Assembly (NCBI GenBank): GCA_964016885.1
Contig: OZ024764.1
Location: 20,522,001-20,586,000 of the forward strand
Direction of reading: 5' to 3'
Length of the DNA: 64,000 nucleotides
DNA from: Eledone cirrhosa
Lineage: Eukaryota
Under the pieces are notes generated by a model that saw only the letters and a program-made list of their open reading frames with translations, was not told where the DNA came from and searched no databases. Position numbers and translations under genes: made by a program. The stretch's first letter is position 1. Every line of letters starts with the position of its first letter. Shown piece after piece: positions 41,631 through 52,950 of this stretch.

Positions 41631-42040
41631 TTATATTTAACAGGGAGATCTTTTACTGTCCCTACCTCTTTCTCTAGGTTGTCTTGTACCTCTCTCACAG
41701 TCCTTGTAGATCTTATATTTAACAGGGAGATCTTTTACTGTCCCTACCCTTTTCTCTAGGTTGTCTTGTACCACTCTCACAGTCCCTCTAGATCTTATAT
41801 TTAACAGGGTGATATTTTACTATCTCTACCCTTTTCTCTAGGTTGTATTGAGCCTCTCTCACAGTCCCTGTAGATTTTATATTAAACAGGGAGATGTTTT
41901 ACTGGCCCTAACCTTTTCTCTAGGTTGTCTTGTACCTCTCACAGTCCCTGTAGATCTTATATTTAACAGGGAGATCTTTTACTCTCCAACCCTTCTATCT
42001 CCAGATAGTCTTGTATCTGTCAGTCCCTCTAGATCTTACA
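41631..42040. repeat. ~82-bp minisatellite, about 5 copies
   Basis: Unit ttatatttaacagggagatcttttactgtccctacc…cacagtccctgtagatc starts at 41631, 41713, 41795, 41877 and 41957. Confidence 0.92.
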
Positions 42041-42315
42041 CCTAGTATCTAGTCTATGTTGAGTGGTACGTCCTTCTCCAGTAAAGGAGTTAATATTCCC
42101 AACCATCTGTCTATCCTGTTTTCTGATGAGAATGAAGTCAATCTAGTTTATCTCTTCACCTGATTGAAGTAACTAGATGGTTTCCTGTAAGTTAGTGTTG
42201 CAGTGTTTGTGTCACCATGTAAGGTTTATATCTATTAATATAGAGATGTAGTAAAGTTTTCACTGTTGTATCTCTATTTTCTAAATATCTTAATAATGTT
42301 TCTCTACTATTTCAG

Positions 42316-42667
42316 AATATCACATGACCTTGACAGAAAAGAGTCTTTTAAAGACAACAGAAAGATGTTACATACAAGTGATATAAACTTGTTTAGTCTG
42401 TGGTGAATTATGGTGAAATATTTCTTCTGAATTGAGATAAATAACAACATTTTCCTTTTTCACTGTCTGGAATATTTACAAGATGATTTTACATTCTGAT
42501 TGAACTTTGGATATTTACAAAGGAGTTTTCAAAATATTTGGATATTGACAAAGATCACATTTGATAAAATTATGAACAATAGAAATATTTACATCAACAT
42601 AGGAATATTTTCCAGAAGAGATGGGAAAATCATTATACCACTAATATTTGTGGTAAAGTATTCTCTC
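42316..42667 (+). pseudogene. Truncated ZNF terminal-exon paralog (5' leader plus a broken first finger)
   Basis: Acceptor ttcag at 42311-42315. Leader motif ttcactgtctggaatat.tacaagatgatttt is shared with 38705. ATG at 42621 reads M-G-K-S-L-Y-H-stop because 2 nt (GT) are missing relative to the 51972 copy; atttgtggtaaagtattctct (ICGKVFS) follows. Confidence 0.72.
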
Positions 42668-42819
42668 TTCTTTATATGTAGAACATCTAACTAAACACTT
42701 TAACTAACAAACTATTGTGCTATAGAATTGACAAACTTGAGGAATGTTTAATAAATGTTACAGATTTCTCCAAACTGTCATTTACTAACTTTAATTTGAA
42801 ACTATGTTATCTATATACT

Positions 42820-43155
42820 ACTAAAACTCTATAATTGTGTCTTGTCTAATTTAATACAGCTAAAACAGTGCATGATGGGGAAATACTTTGAAAGGAATAA
42901 AACAATTTTTGTATAAATTGGTGCACAGGTTCCCAAGATACAAGGTTTTCTGGGTACCTTGATATATATAGGGAGAGAAAGAGATAGTGGTTGTGAGAGT
43001 GAGGGGACAGATGGAAGAGAGAGAGAGAGCTGGTGGTGTTGTTTAATAAAATGTCTGTGTGTGTATATATATATACATATGTGTACATTTTAACTATTTA
43101 AAAATCACTTTTAAATGACTTTTAAAAAATAGTTTTAAGGGAACGTGACCCAACA
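42820..43155 (-). repeat. Diverged inverted paralog of 50223-50650 and of the corresponding part of duplication Y copy 2
   Basis: ctaaaactctataattgtgtcttgtc…tttgaaaggaa, gcacaggttccc…ggtacctt and aagggaacgtgacccaaca match the reverse complement of 50223-50650. Confidence 0.8.
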
Positions 43156-43419
43156 TTAACATTAATATAAAAGATAATTATATATTTTTAGAGAAGAACT
43201 TCTAATTTCATATAGCTTAGGGCTTCAGTAGGTAAAAGTCTGGCCCTGCTTGTCTTGTATTTTTTAGGGGAGAAGTTAGGGAATACTGTTATTGTGTGAA
43301 AGTTTTCTAAATCTTCTTCAACCACTAACATGGAGAAGATATTTCAGTAAGAAGGTTCACATCCTGACATCTATAGCTGTTAACAATGATATTGGAATTC
43401 ATTATTAAACAAATGTTAT

Positions 43420-43905
43420 ATCATCATCACTGTTTAACATCAGTTTTTTCACGCTGGCATGGGTTAGACGAGTTATCCTGTTGTAAGCAAAGCCAGGTCT
43501 GATGACCACGTGTTGCTCCTACAGAACAAATTTTGGATTGGTTTCTACAGCTGGATGCCCTTCCTAGCACCAACCTTATTTGCATTGAGTACTGGGTGCA
43601 TTTTATCATCTCACCATCAGGACCACTTTACGGTGTGAGCTGGGTGCTTTTTGTCGTGGCTCATACATGACCACTTTACAGTGTAGGCTGGGTACTTTTT
43701 GTTGTGACACCTACACGACCCCTTTAAAGTTTGGGCTGGGTACTTTTTGTTGTCACCTACATGACCACTTTACAGTGTGGACTGGTTTCCTTTTGTCATA
43801 TCACCTACATGACCACCTTATAATGTTGGCTGTGTGTTCTTTACAGTGTGGGTTGGGTGCTTTTTGTCATATCAACTACCCAACCACTTTGCAGTGTGGG
43901 CAGTG
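43420..43905 (-). mobile_element. RTE-type LINE 3' UTR fragment with an expanded ~48-bp tandem unit
   Basis: Reverse (GAT)n tail (tcatcatca). tttctacagctggatgcccttccta matches the reverse complement of ~63320-63345. gaccactttacagtgtgggctgggtg units at 43621, 43669, 43717, 43763 and 43811. Confidence 0.8.
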
Positions 43906-43959
43906 AAATATCAGTAATGCACCAGCTCCAATATTCAGTAATCAGAAGAAGGGAGGTAG

Positions 43960-44430
43960 GCATAAAAGCCAAACTTGCTGTCTTCAATTAGGTTTTTGTG
44001 CCAACCCTTACCTATGGTCACATATCTTGGGTAATGACCAAAAGAATATGATTGGGAATACAAATGGCAGATATGGGATTGATCTGAAGGGTCTTTGAAG
44101 GAACGTTTCTCAATAAAGTGCATAGCTCTGAGATCAGAGAGTCACTCCAGGTGGAACTGTTACTTCTCCTAATTGAGAGATCACAGCTGCAATACTATGG
44201 CCATGTGGTTAGAATATCTGAGGAAAGAATCACTGGATAGATTTTACAGGCAAAACTAACCGGCAGGAGACCCAGGGGTAGACCTGAGAAAGATGGTCAC
44301 ATAACATCCATGAGCTTGGCTGGTCTCTCTGGGAGATCCAGCCAGATCAGTTGGAGTGGGTTGCTTCTGACAGGACCTGTTGGAGGGAGTGTTTGAGTAC
44401 TCTGCCCCCAAGACCCTCTCTGGAATGAGT
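43960..44430 (+). mobile_element. Degenerate RTE-clade LINE fragment (C-terminal part of the ORF)
   Basis: Hand translation gives KAKLAVFN*VFVPTLTYGHISWVMT … IERSQLQYYGHVVR … GRRPRGRP, the typical RTE post-RT motifs, interrupted by stops. Confidence 0.75.
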
Positions 44431-44736
44431 GGGTTAATAAGAAGAGGTTGAGGTTACATAATCAACATCAGATTTCCCTGCTAACAAGGGTTTAATGAGT
44501 CTACTTCAACCAAGTAAGTACTGAAGTGAGGCTACTGATCTCCCAGACAGACCAAGGATCTGAGACTTATTTACATAAGGTCTCATTTGCTACTGAGTGC
44601 ACAGAAAAGGTTGTCATGTCTTTGTCATGATTGAAGGGTTCTCCGACACTATTGTTGGGCAAGCTTTCTATGGCTAGATGTCCTTCACATGACCAACCAC
44701 ATTACAGCCTGTGTTGGGTGTGTTTATCATGTAGGT

Positions 44737-46768
44737 GAGGCATAACAAACTGAGGGTTGCCCAAGGTCCACATAGGTCACGTGTTGTCTGAGGGTTGCAC
44801 ACTACAACTAATTATGTACATTACAACTAATTAAAGTCATTTAATAAAATATATTGCAGAAAGATTTGTTACTTAAATTTAGAAACATACAATGTACATA
44901 CAAATGTTTTAGCAGCATTCATGAATACAAAGTAATGAAGTAGTTTGACAAAAAACTAAAATTTCACATGTCAACATATACTTCCAGATTGTAACAGCAA
45001 CAAATACATTGTACACAAATAACAACAGTTCAAAACTGAACATTTATTTGCTACTATTCAACCATTTTTAGTGTTTTGTGCTGAGGCTTGACACTTCTTT
45101 CTGTTGCCAATTTTTGGTATGTCTGGCTGAAATGTCTGTACAGTTCCAACTTTGATCACAAATGACAAGTGTTGATCTGTCAGCCTTGTTCTCTGAGAAG
45201 TTTTTGTTAAGCAAAGTACAGACTCAGTATGGGCAGTGATTTTCAGCTCTTTGCACATAAGAAAATGAATTACATTTTCATCTGACAACGGAGACTTCCA
45301 TAAGCTAAGTTTTCTAATGAAGAACTTGATGTCATCATACAGCTGAGTGATGGGTTTGTTTTTACCTTGTAATTTCAAATGAAGATCAGTTAATTGTGCA
45401 GTAATATCCACAAATAAAGCCAGATGTTGGAGCCAACTTTCATCTTTTATTTCACCTGTGTTTTGACCTTTCATCTCCAAAAACATAATTATTTCAACAA
45501 ATAGAATTTTTTCAGCACTTTGTGACATGTCAACCAGCAGACTTCTGTGTAGAATGGAACATCGGTGAACTGATTATCCATATCTTCCAACAACTGGCTG
45601 AACTGACGGTGGTTGAGAGCACGGCCTCTGATTTAGTTCACTGTCTTTGTGACCAAGCTAAGCACATGATGCAATTTTAAAATCTTTGAACATAAATTTT
45701 GCTGATGAATAATAGTGAAAATGTGCAAATGATGAATCTAGATATGAGTTTTCTATTTTTGTTTGTAACTTGGCAGCAACACCATTATGTCTACCAACCA
45801 TATTTGCAGCACTGTCAGTAGATAAACATGCAAGTTTACTCAGATCAAAGCCATGCAGACACTGCTTGACCTTCTCAAAGATGTCCTGGCTTGTTATAGT
45901 GTCATGCATGGGGACCAGTTCAATCAGTTCTTCATAAATATTAAATTCACAGTCACAGGCCCTGATGAAGAATGCAAGCTGTACTATTCCAGTGATGTCA
46001 ACAGTCTCTTCAATAGCAATAGAAACATGTTCAAACCTTGATGATACAGCCTTTAACTATTGTTTCAGATCACCTGACATTTCATTAATCTGTTCAGCAA
46101 CAGTGTTCCTGGTTAATGAAATGTCTTTGAATAACTCTGCTTTCTCTGGACAATTTCAGCTGTTTTTACAAGACATTGCTTTACAAAATCTCCTTCACTG
46201 TAAGATTTCCCACTCATGGCAATCATTTGACTGAGTTCATAGCTTGCAGTTACGGAAGTGACATCCTCTTCCTGAATTAACATAAAACAGGTCTGTTGCT
46301 GTGTCAAGTTAGACTTCAATTCCTTGAGTCTTGAAACACACATTGGGCCTTCATATTTATCGTAAGATTGATGGTTTGTTTCATAATGTCTTTTTAAATT
46401 GTACTCTTTCGGAGTGGAGATGTAGTTGTTGCAAATTAAACAGTGTATCTTTCTGTTCACCATTGGGCAAAAATACTGTAATTCCCACTTTTCTTGAAAC
46501 ACTTGCCCTTCTTCGTTCAATTTCCTTTTTCTCTTAGCTGGAGGAGCACTAACCATTTCAAAAACAAAATCTTTTGAAATTTTGAAAGAAAGTTTTCTGT
46601 TAATGAGCTTCACCTAATTAATGGAAGTTAAAAGTCGTTGACAAAATTTGCAAAAAAAAAATTATTGTATCGAAAATGTTTTAAATTTTATATTACGAAA
46701 ATGAAATATGCTCGCACTGTAAAAACCTTTGTGTGGGCCGCAGGTTTGCTTGCCAATTGACATGTCTG
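44737..46768 (-). mobile_element. hAT DNA transposon (Buster/Charlie/SPIN-like, GTF2IRD2-related transposase), decayed and internally deleted
   Basis: Minus-strand ORF pieces: BED-like zinc finger (FQEKWELQYF…CLIC…NLKRHYETNH), STDSAANMVG catalytic-Asp region and WLQHLALFVDITAQL. Perfect 8-bp TSD ATGTAGGT at 44729-44736 and 46769-46776. Degenerate TIRs gaggcataacaa / ttgacatgtctg. Confidence 0.9.
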
Positions 46769-46959
46769 ATGTAGGTTACCAACACTAGGCAGGGCAGCAT
46801 GTCCATCAGTGTCTTCTGCTACATTAACTACCAGGAGGTCACCACATGAGACAAAGATCAAAGACTACATTTCAAAGAAGGGTCATAAAAGAACTAAATA
46901 CAAAAGTCCTCGCAGCAAAAAACAAATAATTGAGCTTTGGGTCTAGGTCAAGGGGCAGA

Positions 46960-47330
46960 AGTGCTGTACCCTGTGGATAAGACTGCAAAAGTATTCGCCC
47001 CGGACAGTGACACCCACTGCAATAGCCACCCCAACCCCATGGGACTCCCTCTTCAGACGGGCCACCAACGTTCTGATCTTACAGAGGAGCTTGGCAGTAC
47101 GGGGTCCAAGTACTTCTGAGGTCTCGATGGTGACCGGTGTGAAGAGACCTACCTACAATTGATGTCATCCCAGTTATGTTGGACTGTAATATACTGGGGT
47201 ATAGAGAGGCCTTAACCTGTCACAGCCGGGCCACCCAGAGTCGTGTCATCTAGGTACCAGACAGGGGGAACTAGACCATGTTGTCAACTGTCAGCACCAA
47301 TAGGAGTGACGCGAGTTGTTCCCCTTGCTA
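46960..47330 (-). mobile_element. Probable CRE-like (restriction-like endonuclease) non-LTR retrotransposon fragment
   Basis: The minus strand translates by hand to VWYLDDTTLGGP (RT YxDD), joined shortly after to FTPVTIETSEVLGPRTAKLL, which resembles the F-x-P-x-x-x-E-T-x-G motif at the C-terminus of CRE-clade elements. Confidence 0.5.
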
Positions 47331-47580
47331 GACACCACATATAAAACGTATTTTCTAATTACTTTAATGAATAATTTGTTTCATACGTAATTATTACTTT
47401 TAACACAATAGGATTTTGTACACGTGTTTGTTTGAAAACATCTTTCAAAGAAGTATGAGACAGTCTTTTGTAGTGTTTATTATAATAAATTACTGTATGT
47501 TGACCTGTTTTAACTTCTCCACCTTCTATTATTTCATATCGTTTTTGTAAAAAAACGAGATCTTTTTCATATATATATAT

Positions 47581-47690
47581 GAAGGCGTGTGGCTGAGTGG
47601 TTAGAGAATTGGATTCGGAATTGTGAGTTCGATTCTCAGACTGGGCGGTGCGTTATGTCCTTGAGCAAGACATTTTATTTCACGTTGCTC
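47581..47690 (+). mobile_element. tRNA-derived SINE fragment
   Basis: A box TGGCTGAGTGG, B box GTTCGATTC, then the tgtccttgagcaagaca core; flanked by (TA)n. Confidence 0.7.
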
Positions 47691-48139
47691 CTTCTACCTG
47701 GAGTTGCGACCGATAGATAGTATTAGCAATTGGAAAGACCAATGGAAACATTGTTTCCTCGGTCCGATTTGACGAAAAGTTGATCATAAAAAATATATAT
47801 ATATAGAGAGAGAGAGAGAGAAAAACACACAAACATACACTACTGTATTACATATGTAAGGGGAGATAACTCTCGTTACATCCCCCCTTCTTTTTGATAT
47901 ACGTACTTTAACTACTTTGTTCAATGGAATCTGCTTTATTTTGTCCCAAGTAGATTTCTGTTTAATTATTTACGAGATTCACAATGATTCACGTAACCAA
48001 GTTACTTACATAGAGATATATTTCACATAGAATCACAACAAATGAAAATATTAAGTCAACACTCTGTCAATCAGTCTCACATCACATGGGGTGCCGGAGT
48101 CTCCTTCTAATACTTTCTGCGACAGTCTTACCTCGAGTG

Positions 48140-48690
48140 ATAGCAAGGCTAAGATGTTGGAACTACCAAACACCCTCATATGTATCACCTGAACACCTCG
48201 GTAAGGAGAGCTGCCAACGATAACAAGAACCTCGTTGTCAGGGACCTATCTCTTCCAAACTTCTCCAACACCACAGACTAGAATATTCTACTCTTTATTC
48301 CCTATCAAATATATTTCAGTCTAGTCATTTATCTTGTATCTTGTATATGTATTTTCAAAACTAACTGTCACATTTGTGAGACCCCAGTTAGTGATGTTTT
48401 CGTCTCCCTCCCACATCCTACATGCTGTAGTAAAAGTGAGGGTCACTGTTTCTGTAGACGAACGAAATAAAAGTTAAACTACCAGTAATTATCAGCAAAG
48501 TATTTATTCCAGTCTGTGATGTTTGAGAAGCTGGGCTGCTGACAACGAAGTTGTGGTCACTGTTGGCGGCTGGCTTTACCGAAGTACCCGATGACTCTTG
48601 TGAGGGTACTTAGCTGTTCTGGCAACTTAGCCCCCATATGACCCGATCTTACCGAAGTACCCGGTGATCTCTGTAAGAGTACTTAGCTGT
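48140..48690. repeat. Two oppositely oriented, diverged fragments of a dispersed repeat related to the 62-bp unit at 49438/59341
   Basis: acctcggtaaggagagctgccaac…aacctcgttgtcag (48195-48241, +) vs ctgacaacgaagtt…gttggcggctggctttaccgaagt (48539-48585, −). Confidence 0.6.
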
Positions 48691-48772
48691 TCTATTTTAA
48701 TTACATTTACTGATTTCAACTTTCATTTTTTATATGACAAACTTTACATAATTTAATTCCGTAAAAATATTT

Positions 48773-48905
48773 TTACGTCACAAAAAAACATTGAAGCATG
48801 CGCAGTGGTGCAGTTGTCGACTTCCTCTCCACGTGTTAGTCTTCCTACAACAACTTTTAGAAAACATTTCTGTAAATACTAAACACCTGAGACTATAATG
48901 TAAGT
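48773..48905 (+). promoter_or_regulatory. Candidate promoter and short non-coding first exon with a 5' splice donor
   Basis: TTACGTCA (CRE/ATF-like, 48773), GCATGCGCA (NRF1/Ewg-like, 48796), ACTTCC (ETS-like) and CACGTG, then a GTAAGT donor at 48900-48905. All are retained in the second copy. Confidence 0.5.
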
Positions 48906-49437
48906 ATTATGTCTATTAATATTGTAGATTTAAGCTCACTTTTCACATCACAAATATATATTTTCTTGTTTGTTTCATTACTGGAAATATAAAATGTTAT
49001 CGTAATTATCTATATTTTACCTACCTCTAATTAATTAAAGTGAAAACTTTTGTTGCTGCTGAAAAATAAATTAACAAAACTAAATATTTAAATATTCTAA
49101 AGGTCGTTTTTATATTATGTGATGATATAATTAATATATTTTATTACAATTGTATAAATTTACAGTAGAATAACGTTGTAAATATGTTTTAAATATATAC
49201 ATAAATAACATAAGTGTGTAAATAACATTATAAATTGCTGGCAATTCCTTGAGAAAGACATTACAAATATATTGTCTAAACTGTGTATAATAATATAATT
49301 TATTGAACAATAATGATAAAGGAAAGAAAAACACAGAGGGAGATGGCAATTGACCACCAAGTGTGATAATAGGTCACACCTCACACTTTAGGGGTTAACT
49401 ACACACTTTGAGGCAAGCCAACACACTGGCAGCATTA

Positions 49438-49597
49438 CTAAGGTGTTCAAAATAACCAGGTACCCTCACGAGTATCATCTGACACCTCAGTAAGGTGAGG
49501 CTAAGGTGCTGAAATAACCAGGTACCCTCACGGGTAGCACCTGGTACCTCGGTAAGGTGAGGCTAAGGTGCTGAAATAACCAGGTACCCTCACGAGT
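49438..49597. repeat. ~62-bp minisatellite, about 2.5 copies
   Basis: ctaaggtgctgaaataaccaggtaccctcacg… starts at 49438, 49501 and 49563. Confidence 0.88.
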
Positions 49598-49999
49598 ATT
49601 TTCTCTGGACCCCTCAGATACTTGCAATAGACGTTTTATTCCCCAGTATTAGGGTTAGGGTTTCCGTTTTCAGGAAGAATAGTCGATTGCAAACATCTAA
49701 GAGGTCTAGAAATAAAATTAAGGAAAGATAATTATTTCCCAGCCAACTGGAGAAGTGTGTAGCTCTTCTAAACTCTGATAATCCTGTCTCCCACTTCTTT
49801 ATCTACAAGTCTAGTCGTTTCCTGCTACTTTGAAGGCCCTATTAGGGTTAGGGTTTCCCTTTGAAGGTAAATTGTGAATCAGTTATTTTTAAACAAACTA
49901 TCAAAGAAGTGATCTCACAGTAACTGTGTTGGATTCAATCAACTTATTCCCCCCAAACATTGTCGACCTTGTGTCTAAATCAGAAACTATTATTAGATC

Positions 50000-50147
50000 T
50001 TAAATCAACCCTGTAAAGATGAAGGGCAAAGCTAACCTCGGCGGGATTTCAACCCTTTATGTTTTGAGTTCAAATCCCACCAAAGTTAACTTTGTCTTTC
50101 ATTCTAACGGGGTGGATAAATTAAAGTTCCAGTAATCTACTGGGGTC
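50000..50147. mobile_element. Two SINE fragments in opposite orientation (also at ~60110-60258)
   Basis: gatgaagggcaaagctaacctcggcgggatttcaac (−) next to gagttcaaatcccaccaaagttaactttgtctttcat…gataaattaaag (+). Both carry the same B-box and core. Confidence 0.65.
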
Positions 50148-50712
50148 TGAGATATTAAGGTTTGAGTAGATTCTATCTTTTTGTGTGTTTGTATTTATAA
50201 TCTTACTAGAAACCCTGTGACCTGTTGGGTCACGTTCCCTTTAAAAATAATTTTTAAATAATTAAAATATACACAGACATGTCTATAATCTAAAATGAAA
50301 TTAGTAGGTAGGCCCATGTATATATATATATATGCGTGTGTGTATATATATATGTGTGTGTGTGTATATATATATATGTCACAGACACACACACAAGTCG
50401 CTTGTTATAATTTTAAAATTTCGTTCAATAACACCAACAGCTCTCTCACACACCCATTATCTTTCTCTCTCTATTTATGAAGGTACCAGAAAAACCCATA
50501 TCTCGGGAACCTGTGCTCTGATCTACGTGAAACTTATTTTATCCCATTTGTTTTCTCATTTCAGGGTCAACTTCCTTTCAAACTATTTTCCCATTATGCC
50601 CCGTTTTGGCTGTATTACATTACAGACAAGACACAATCACAGAGTTTTAGGTTTATAATGTGTGGTTAGAAAAAGCTATACCCTGCTTGCAAGGGTGGGA
50701 CGGGAACTGATA

Positions 50713-50955
50713 CTGGCTTGATTTCTACAGCTGGATGCCCTTCCTAACACCAACCTCATTTACAGTGAGTGCTGGGTGCTTTTTCGTGGCGCCTACACGT
50801 CCACTTTACAGTGTGGGCTGGGTGCTTTTTTGCGGTGGGGGCATATTGTCTATATGCTTCAGCTTGTACCCATGGGAGGTCGGGTACTCTGTATTACTGC
50901 GTGACGCCAGAGGTCACGGTCGTGTGTCATTGCCTTTAAGAGGTGTAATTGGGTA
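50713..50955 (-). mobile_element. Fragment of the same RTE LINE family as 60579-63483 (ORF end plus 3' UTR)
   Basis: Near-identical to the reverse complement of ~63078-63355, with one internal deletion. Confidence 0.92.
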
Positions 50956-50962
50956 TGGTTGG

Positions 50963-52027
50963 CTTCTATCTACTGTACTATTCCATCACCAAGGCAACAT
51001 TCATCTGGCTGGCAGCTTACATCAACTACAGATCTCATCAGTGGTTCACAACAGGCTGTCTGTAAGAAACTTCCAGATATCTTCTATGTCATAGCTATCA
51101 ATCTCCTCCTCCTTATCATATGTATCATGTAGAACATCTCTGAATTTATATTTAACAGGGAGATGTTTTACTGTCCCTACCTCTTTCTCTAGGTTGTCTT
51201 GTACCACTCTCACAGTCCCTCTAGATCTTATATTTAACAGGGAGATATTTTACTATACCTACCCTTTTCTCTAGGTTGTCTTGTACCTCTCACAGTCCCT
51301 GTAGATCTTATATTTAACAGTGAGATCTTTTACTCTCCAACCCTTCTATCTCCAGATAGTCTTGTATCTGTCAGTCCCTCTAGATCTTACACCTAGTATC
51401 TAGTCTATGTTGAGTGGTACGTCCTTCTCCAGTAAAGGAGTTAATATTCCCAACCATCTGTCTATCCTGTTTTCTGATGAGAATGAAGTCAATCTAGTTT
51501 ATCTCTTCACCTGATTGAAGTAACTAGATGGTTTCCTGTAAGTTAGTGTTGCAGTGTTTGTGTCACCATGTAAGGTTTATATCTATTAATATAGAGATGT
51601 AGTAAAGTTTTCACTGTTGTATCTCTATTTTCTAAATATCTTAATAATGTTTCTCTACTATTTCAGAATATCACATGACCTTGACAGAAAAGAGTCTTTT
51701 AAAGACAACAGAAAGATGTTACATACAAGTGATATAAACTTGTTTAGTCTGTGGTGAATTATGGTGAAATATTTCTTCTGAATTGAGATAAATAACAACA
51801 TATTCCTTTTTCACTGTTTGGAATATTTACAAGATGATTTTACATTCTGATTAAACTTTGGATATTTACAAAGGAGTTTTCAAAGTATTTGGATATTGAC
51901 AAAGATCACATTTGGTAAAATTATGAACAATAGAAATATTTACATCAACATAGGAATATTTTCCAGAAGAGATGGGAAAATCATTATACCACTGTAATAT
52001 TTGTGGTAAAGTATTCTCTATTCTTTA
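50963..52027 (+). repeat. Segmental duplication X, copy 2 (3 copies of the 82-bp unit instead of 5)
   Basis: Direct alignment by eye with 41449-42674. Confidence 0.95.
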
Positions 52028-52031
52028 CTAG
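51667..52031 (+). pseudogene. Truncated ZNF terminal-exon paralog; reads MGKSLYHCNICGKVFSILY*
   Basis: Acceptor tttcag ends at 51666; ATG at 51972; first half-finger YHCNICGKVFS. The stop TAG (52029-52031) lies inside the foldback element terminus. Confidence 0.78.
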
Positions 52032-52950
52032 ACATGAAAAATGCGCAAGCTCAAAAGTGCCACAGAATGTTATAATAAACCTTCAAAAGTGTGGGACTAG
52101 AGTTGTTGCTAAAAAATATTGTAATCATTATATATCGTACATTCTGTGGCATCCTTTATAAAAATAGCTTAAACCAACGAAGCCTTTATTTTTACGCTAT
52201 TTCACTTAGTTAATTCTTAGAGTGTAACATATAAAAATATGATTTACAACTATAAAATAAATTAATTAATATAATAACAGAGCTGCGGAGCTGAAATTTA
52301 GGAAATAATGGAGTATCGGATCCTGAGTTGGAGCCAGTCATTTTTTGGCCGACTCCGCAGCCCTGTATAATACATTTCATATTAAAGTTATTAATAAACC
52401 TATTTTACACTGCATGCAAATTACCATGAGATATTGATATTAGATATAAGATACAGCGCAATATCTACAGCTGTAAAAGTACGAAAGCGAAGTAATAATA
52501 AGTGGCTAAAGGTAATTCCAATATGAAAGTTTGTAGTGATAAAAATTTGATAATGCAATACGATTGTTCTATGAAAATGTAACAATAGATAACTAAATTA
52601 TTTTACTATTAGTATATTTAAGAAATTATATTTATAGATTTGATCGTTCATATAAGCATCATATTAATTTTCAACACAATTATTTTGTTACTATGAGTAT
52701 ATGATAATAATATTACGTAATTATTTAATAGATGTATTTATTTTTATATGTTACACTCTAAGAATTAACTAAGTGAAATAGCGTAAAAATAAAGGCTTCG
52801 TTGGTTTAAGCTATTTTTATAAAGGATGCCACAGAATGTACGATATATAATGATTACAATATTTTTTAGCAACAACTCTAGTCCCACACTTTTGAAGGTT
52901 TATTATAACATTCTGTGGCACTTTTGAGCTTGCGCATTTTTCATGTCTAG
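52028..52950. mobile_element. Foldback/MITE-like element with ~213-bp apparently perfect terminal inverted repeats
   Basis: Arm 52027-52239 is the reverse complement of 52739-52951; ~500-bp AT-rich spacer; possible 4-bp TSD TTTA (52024-52027 and 52951-52954). Confidence 0.85.
52278..52365. mobile_element. 88-bp hAT-type MITE nested in the foldback spacer
   Basis: TIRs CAGAGCTGCGGAG / CTCCGCAGCCCTG; flanks TATAATAA / TATAATAC (7 of 8 match, TSD-like). Confidence 0.75.

Larger units (their letters stand above)
41449..42674 (+). repeat. Segmental duplication X, copy 1 (paralog of 50963-52027)
   Basis: Near-identical sequence from cttctatct…tactattccatcacc to …gtattctct.ttcttta. The main difference is the copy number of the 82-bp repeat. 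Confidence 0.95.
48682..50661 (+). repeat. Segmental duplication Y, copy 1 (empty site; paralog of 58590-63754)
   Basis: Collinear high identity from cttagctgttctattttaa to gagttttaggtttataatgt. Confidence 0.95.

Noticed and set aside
41631-42040. 82-bp minisatellite as a decayed 84-bp zinc-finger array
   Set aside because: The period is not a multiple of 3, and no Cys/His codon pattern or similarity to the finger unit was seen.
45058-46613. Domesticated GTF2IRD2/EPM2AIP1-like host gene
   Set aside because: Multiple frameshifts, stops and an internal deletion, together with TIRs and a TSD, indicate a dead transposon.
47581-47660. Functional tRNA gene
   Set aside because: A and B boxes are present but no cloverleaf could be formed, and the sequence continues into a SINE core.
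49649-49855. True telomere or chromosome-fusion scar
   Set aside because: Only two TTAGGG units occur at each spot, embedded in a palindromic repeat element.
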